A stretch of 64,000 nt of DNA, taken from assembly GCF_032062105.1 (NCBI RefSeq), contig NW_026924209.1, positions 1 to 64,000 of the forward strand. The letters run 5' to 3'. Positions 62,544 to 64,000 of this stretch are shown one piece after another. The notes under the pieces are model-generated. The model did not search any database. It was not told the DNA's origin and saw only the letters and a list, made by a program, of their open reading frames with translations. Made by a program: the position numbers and the translations under genes. How positions within the stretch are numbered: position 1 is the stretch's first letter; every line of letters starts with the position of its first letter. This stretch comes from Saccostrea cucullata. Lineage: Eukaryota.

Positions 62544-64000
62544 TCTATTATCGTCTTATTGTTGCTTGTTTGACGAGAACCAATGGCGAATGGACGTTAT
62601 TGGAAGACAATGGACTTTGTTTGTACAAAAATGTTGCTTGTTTTGCTTATAAAGAACATATCGTGGCCCTAGCAGTAAACAATTCCTCAATTCAACTTCA
62701 TATTTTTCAACCCACCAACGTCCTTGTCATAAAAGAAGTTGCCCTTAATGTGCGGGATACTGTTGAAAGGCTATTACAAGAACTCCTTGGTACTTTCCAT
62801 AAGAAAATTGACATGTACACTGTTGGGTATCAATGTAGAAATCAGGAGGTGTTTCGAGAACACGATGACTGCTTTGTTGGAGAGAAAGATATTTACAAAA
62901 AGGGGAAAATAAGGTGTCCAAGACATGGGATTTCCAACCATCACATACTTAGTGAATGAGCTCTTCTTGTTTACTAGAGACTTGTAGGTGGAATTGTAAA
63001 TGTTTTGCAATGAACTTGTATATGTATATGTATAATACACGTTTTCAAAAAACGAAACGAAAGCGATTATTGAAAATATCGAATAATTTTATTGAATCAC
63101 GCGAGATATGTTTAATTATCATTTAATGAACGCATAATCATAAATCAGTTTAAGCGTATTTCGTTATCATCGTTAATATATATTCATAAAAAAATATATT
63201 TATTATATTTTGTTTTTTTTCAGGATGTTATAGTTGAGATTTCAAGTATCTTAAAGGCATATGAATTGTGGTAAAGTTTAAAAAAGAAACATTAAAGATT
63301 GCTCTTTAAACTATGTTTTCTTAAGTTAAATGATTTTCCTCCAGATTACGATTTTTTGTACATGTAGCAGAGATATAAGTATCACATTCAATGTGAGTTG
63401 TAGTTAACATGAGGATAAATTGGTTTAAAATAAATATTTAATCAGATTTGGATGATATTATGGATCAAGATGAATGCACTCGTCTCTCCGAACCGGAATT
63501 GAAAAAAAAAATGAATTTCAAGTCTTTCGAGAAACTGAAGAAGATAGGAAGAGACGCTTTGCAGCTCTATTTTGACAGAATATTTCCACCTGTAGACCTG
63601 GTTACAACACTTACAACAAACAAGGACAATTTACAACGAGGACAATATAAAATGAATCAAGACCAATGTACTCTGCTTTCTCCAGGTATTCTATAAATGT
63701 AGTGACGCCCGATTTTTCTTCACTTTTCTGTTTTGTACACATTTTTGTCAGCGTGTCAAAGGATTGGACACAAGTTTTAAACCTTATGCATGTATTGTTC
63801 TCTATTCACCTATATCTTTTTTAATACTCAAAACAGACGTCACTATAAAACTTCCAATACGTAATAAAACTGTAGTCTACAATTTTTCAATTGGACGTTA
63901 AAGCTAAAAAATCTGATTTAGTTATAATTAAGGAATGAATTTAATAGCTACCCATTTTATACGGTATAAACTGGGTTGGGGCAGTTTACGCTTTATAAAC
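62544..64000 (+). pseudogene. 5'-truncated, intron-retaining duplicate of the Roco-HEPN 3' region (end of COR, microexon 63224-63245, exon 63446-63685); runs off the window
   Basis: Closely matches 53013 onward, including introns. In-frame TGA at 62957-62959 where copy 2 has TCG; exon-10 donor region altered; homology starts abruptly mid-exon. Confidence 0.82.

Overview
AT-rich, intron-containing, repeat-dense animal DNA. The repeat content (Helentron-type elements with ~165 bp satellite cores, SINEs with (AATC)n tails) suggests a bivalve, probably an oyster; this is inference. The central feature is a cluster of three same-strand paralogues of a Roco-HEPN gene. (1) The last two coding exons of an upstream copy lie at 2625-3724 (HEPN motif RNEIGH). 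(2) A 14-exon gene reconstructed by hand at 34195-55456 (~1234 aa if one 1-bp deletion at ~53150 is repaired) encodes two N-terminal winged-helix-like repeats, a ROC GTPase (G1 GCAGAGKT, G3 DFGGQ, G4 THLD), a COR domain and a C-terminal DZIP3-like HEPN domain (RNEVEH). (3) A 5'-truncated, stop-containing duplicate starts at ~62544 and runs off the window. The architecture suggests a GTPase/dimerisation-gated RNase with a possible innate-immune role, which is a hypothesis. The window also holds a complete 4.27 kb Sola-type DNA transposon (28-bp TIRs, ACAT TSD, 6-exon transposase with two frameshifts), many MITEs, Helentron-like elements, SINEs, LINE/Penelope/LTR remnants, a ~2.1 kb intronic fold-back, an old segmental duplication and one 181-N gap. 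All splice sites and alignments were read by eye; no database searches were run.
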